Source of the DNA: a virus | Taxonomy: Duplodnaviria; Caudoviricetes | Strand: one strand, 5' to 3' | Virus record (IMG/VR): IMGVR_UViG_3300027747_001100 | Coordinates: 1 to 57,235 of that record | DNA length: 57,235 nt | Shown: one piece after another, positions 55,622-57,235 of the stretch | How the letters are laid out: each line of letters starts with the position of its first letter | Position numbering within the stretch: position 1 is the first letter of the stretch | Program-made: the position numbers and the translations under genes | Notes under the pieces: model-generated | What the model saw: the letters and a program-made list of their open reading frames with translations, nothing else | What the model was told of the DNA's origin: nothing | Databases searched by the model: none

Positions 55622-56536
55622 ATGGCAGCTCCGATGAGAAGTACGGATTTCCGTTCAATTGTAGAACCAATCCTAAATGAAGCTTTTGATGGTGTATATG
55701 ACCAACGTGCAGACGAATGGTCTACTGTATTCCGTGAACAAGCTGGTATCCCACGCAACTACCACGAAGAACCAGTGTTGTACGGTTTTGGTGCCGCTCC
55801 TCAGTTACCTGATGGCAGCCCAGTAACCTATCAACAAGGTGGCGTGTTGTTCTTGCAGCGTTATGTTTACCAAGTATTCGGCTTGGCATTTGCTTTAACC
55901 AAAGTATTGGTTGAAGACGGTGACCACATCCGTATTGGTCAAGTATACGCTAAGCACTTAGCTCAATCATTGGTGGAAACCAAAGAATTGCTTTGTGCTA
56001 ACATCTTGAACCGCGCGTTTAACTCAGCTTACACTGGTGGCGATGGCGTTCAGTTATCCTCGAATGCTCACCCAATCGTGTCAGGCACTGCAAGCAACTT
56101 GTTAAGCACAGCCGCTAACTTGTCACAAACATCTCTAGAGCAGATGTTGATTCAAGTTCGTCAAGCTGCAGATAACAACGGTAAGAAAATCCGTTTGCAA
56201 CCACTAAAACTGGTTGTTGCACCGGGTAACGTCTTCCAAGCTGAAGTGTTATTGAAGTCAGTTTTACGTACTGGTACCGCTAACAATGACATCAACCCGA
56301 TCAAATCGATTGGTTTGTTGCCTGAAGGCGCAACAGTAATTAGCCGTTTGACATCAGCCACAAACTGGTGGGTACAAACAGATGCCCCAGAAGGTATGAA
56401 ACTCTTGATGCGTCGTGCATTGGAAAAGACCATGGAAGGCGATTTCGAAACCGACTCCATGCGTTATAAAGCCACTGAGCGTTACATCCCGGGTTGGACC
56501 GACTGGCGTTCCATGTACGGAACTCCTGGCGTTTAA
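55622..56536 (+). CDS. Major capsid protein
   Basis: Strong SD aaggag and biased codons; GGDGVQL...HP, LVVAP and GDFETDSMRYKATERY motifs; terminator downstream. Confidence 0.85.
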   Translation: MAAPMRSTDFRSIVEPILNEAFDGVYDQRADEWSTVFREQAGIPRNYHEEPVLYGFGAAPQLPDGSPVTYQQGGVLFLQRYVYQVFGLAFALTKVLVEDGDHIRIGQVYAKHLAQSLVETKELLCANILNRAFNSAYTGGDGVQLSSNAHPIVSGTASNLLSTAANLSQTSLEQMLIQVRQAADNNGKKIRLQPLKLVVAPGNVFQAEVLLKSVLRTGTANNDINPIKSIGLLPEGATVISRLTSATNWWVQTDAPEGMKLLMRRALEKTMEGDFETDSMRYKATERYIPGWTDWRSMYGTPGV

Positions 56537-56544
56537 TGCAGCTT

Positions 56545-56575
56545 GGGGCTAGGTCAAAAGCTTAGCCCCTTTTTT
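56545..56575 (+). terminator. Rho-independent terminator after the capsid gene
   Basis: ggggctagg...cttagcccc stem followed by tttttt. Confidence 0.8.
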
Positions 56576-56608
56576 AATATTGTCTAAGCTTTTCAAGGAG
56601 AAAGACGC

Positions 56609-57235
56609 ATGCCACAATTTTCAGATGACTTATTTCTAGGTCCAGCAACAACTTACATGGGTACAGGTATTCGCCCATACACAACAACTTTCACAGGTAC
56701 GATTTCAACAACAACATTAAACGTTACTGCTTTACTGCAAGGCGCGCCATTAGTTTTAGGCATGTATGTTGACGGTACAAGCGTAACTGATGGTTCATAT
56801 ATTACAGCATTCGGTACAGGTACTGGCGGTACAGGTACTTATACATTAAGTGCTTCTTCTACAGTTTCTAGTGCTGCAACATTAACAGCTCATACAAACA
56901 TTCCTTTTGATAACCCTGCTCCAATGAGCATAGGTGTTGGCCCACTAGGTCGCGTTTATGTTTGGGATATCGTTCCACAAGCTAAAGGTAATGCTAACCT
57001 TGTTGCTGCTGCAATTACAACAGCTGCAAACTTAACATTAGTTGCAGGAACTTCTGTTAAACTAGTAACATTGCCTAATGGCACAACTGGTTACCAACTA
57101 GATTGCCCACGTGCAGTTAGCGTAACCACTGGTGCAGGTGCCCCTACTTCTGTTAATATTACAGTTTCAGGCTATGACTATTATGGCCAAGCCATGAGTG
57201 AAGTAATCGCTACAGGCACCGTGGCTTCTACTACA
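56609..57235 (+). CDS. Virion structural protein (decoration / head fibre-like), 5' part; about 326 aa when joined to 146-499
   Basis: [13 protein letters not shown]... follows SD aaggag; open to the window end and continues in frame across the terminal repeat. Not in the ORF track. Confidence 0.8.
   Translation, partial: MPQFSDDLFLGPATTYMGTGIRPYTTTFTGTISTTTLNVTALLQGAPLVLGMYVDGTSVTDGSYITAFGTGTGGTGTYTLSASSTVSSAATLTAHTNIPFDNPAPMSIGVGPLGRVYVWDIVPQAKGNANLVAAAITTAANLTLVAGTSVKLVTLPNGTTGYQLDCPRAVSVTTGAGAPTSVNITVSGYDYYGQAMSEVIATGTVASTT
57110..57235. repeat. Terminal direct repeat, copy 2
   Basis: Identical to 20-145. Confidence 0.95.

Noticed and set aside
670-56460. Many antisense or alternate-frame ORFs in the track (e.g. 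670-1002, 18812-19258, 20207-20590, 33168-33677, 51171-51665)
   Set aside because: They are shadows of well-supported genes, with no recognisable motifs.
1-57235. tRNA genes, integrase/repressor lysogeny module, introns or inteins, stop-codon reassignment
   Set aside because: No cloverleaf was seen in the short intergenic gaps and no integrase motif was found. polA, terL and the helicase are uninterrupted, and genes tile densely under the standard code.
1-57235. Presence of common restriction sites (GAATTC, GGATCC, AAGCTT, GATC) as evidence for modified DNA
   Set aside because: The sites are present, but without observed/expected counts and a known host this neither supports nor refutes modification.

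Overview
The window looks like one complete, circularly permuted tailed-phage genome of about 57,090 bp: bases 20-145 recur exactly at 57110-57235. It is probably a lytic podovirus-like phage, since no integrase, tail sheath, tail tube or tape-measure gene is recognisable, while P22/T7-like adaptor, nozzle and ejection-type proteins are present. The plus-strand late arm runs from about 43.5 kb through the window end to 26.3 kb. It holds terS, terL, a 1478-aa orphan, portal, GroES, scaffold-like protein, major capsid, tail fibres, holin(s), an M15 endolysin, and ejection-type proteins with DUF4214-like and M23 domains. The minus-strand arm (26.3-39.7 kb) holds a family A DNA polymerase, SNF2 helicase, VRR-NUC and PD-(D/E)XK nucleases, an SSB-like protein and many nucleotide-handling genes. 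A plus-strand DUF932 gene and a primase-helicase are followed by an iteron-like origin. The best candidate for an undescribed system is a coupled operon: nucleoside 2'-deoxyribosyltransferase, HD deoxynucleotidase (YfbR/DatZ-like), DUF6378-like protein, and a ThyX-fold flavoenzyme with a remodelled active site. It is backed by dCMP deaminase, a MazG-like NTP-PPase, a purine PRTase and a PolA with atypical motifs, with no PurZ. I infer a pathway that replaces a canonical DNA base with a non-canonical one. Other notable signals are a shared xx-GG peptide motif across unrelated late proteins, a loop-E-type RNA hairpin upstream of the polymerase genes, a multi-hairpin leader before the capsid genes, and paired AAGTAAACA boxes at early promoters. 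All family assignments come from motif recognition by eye; no searches were run.
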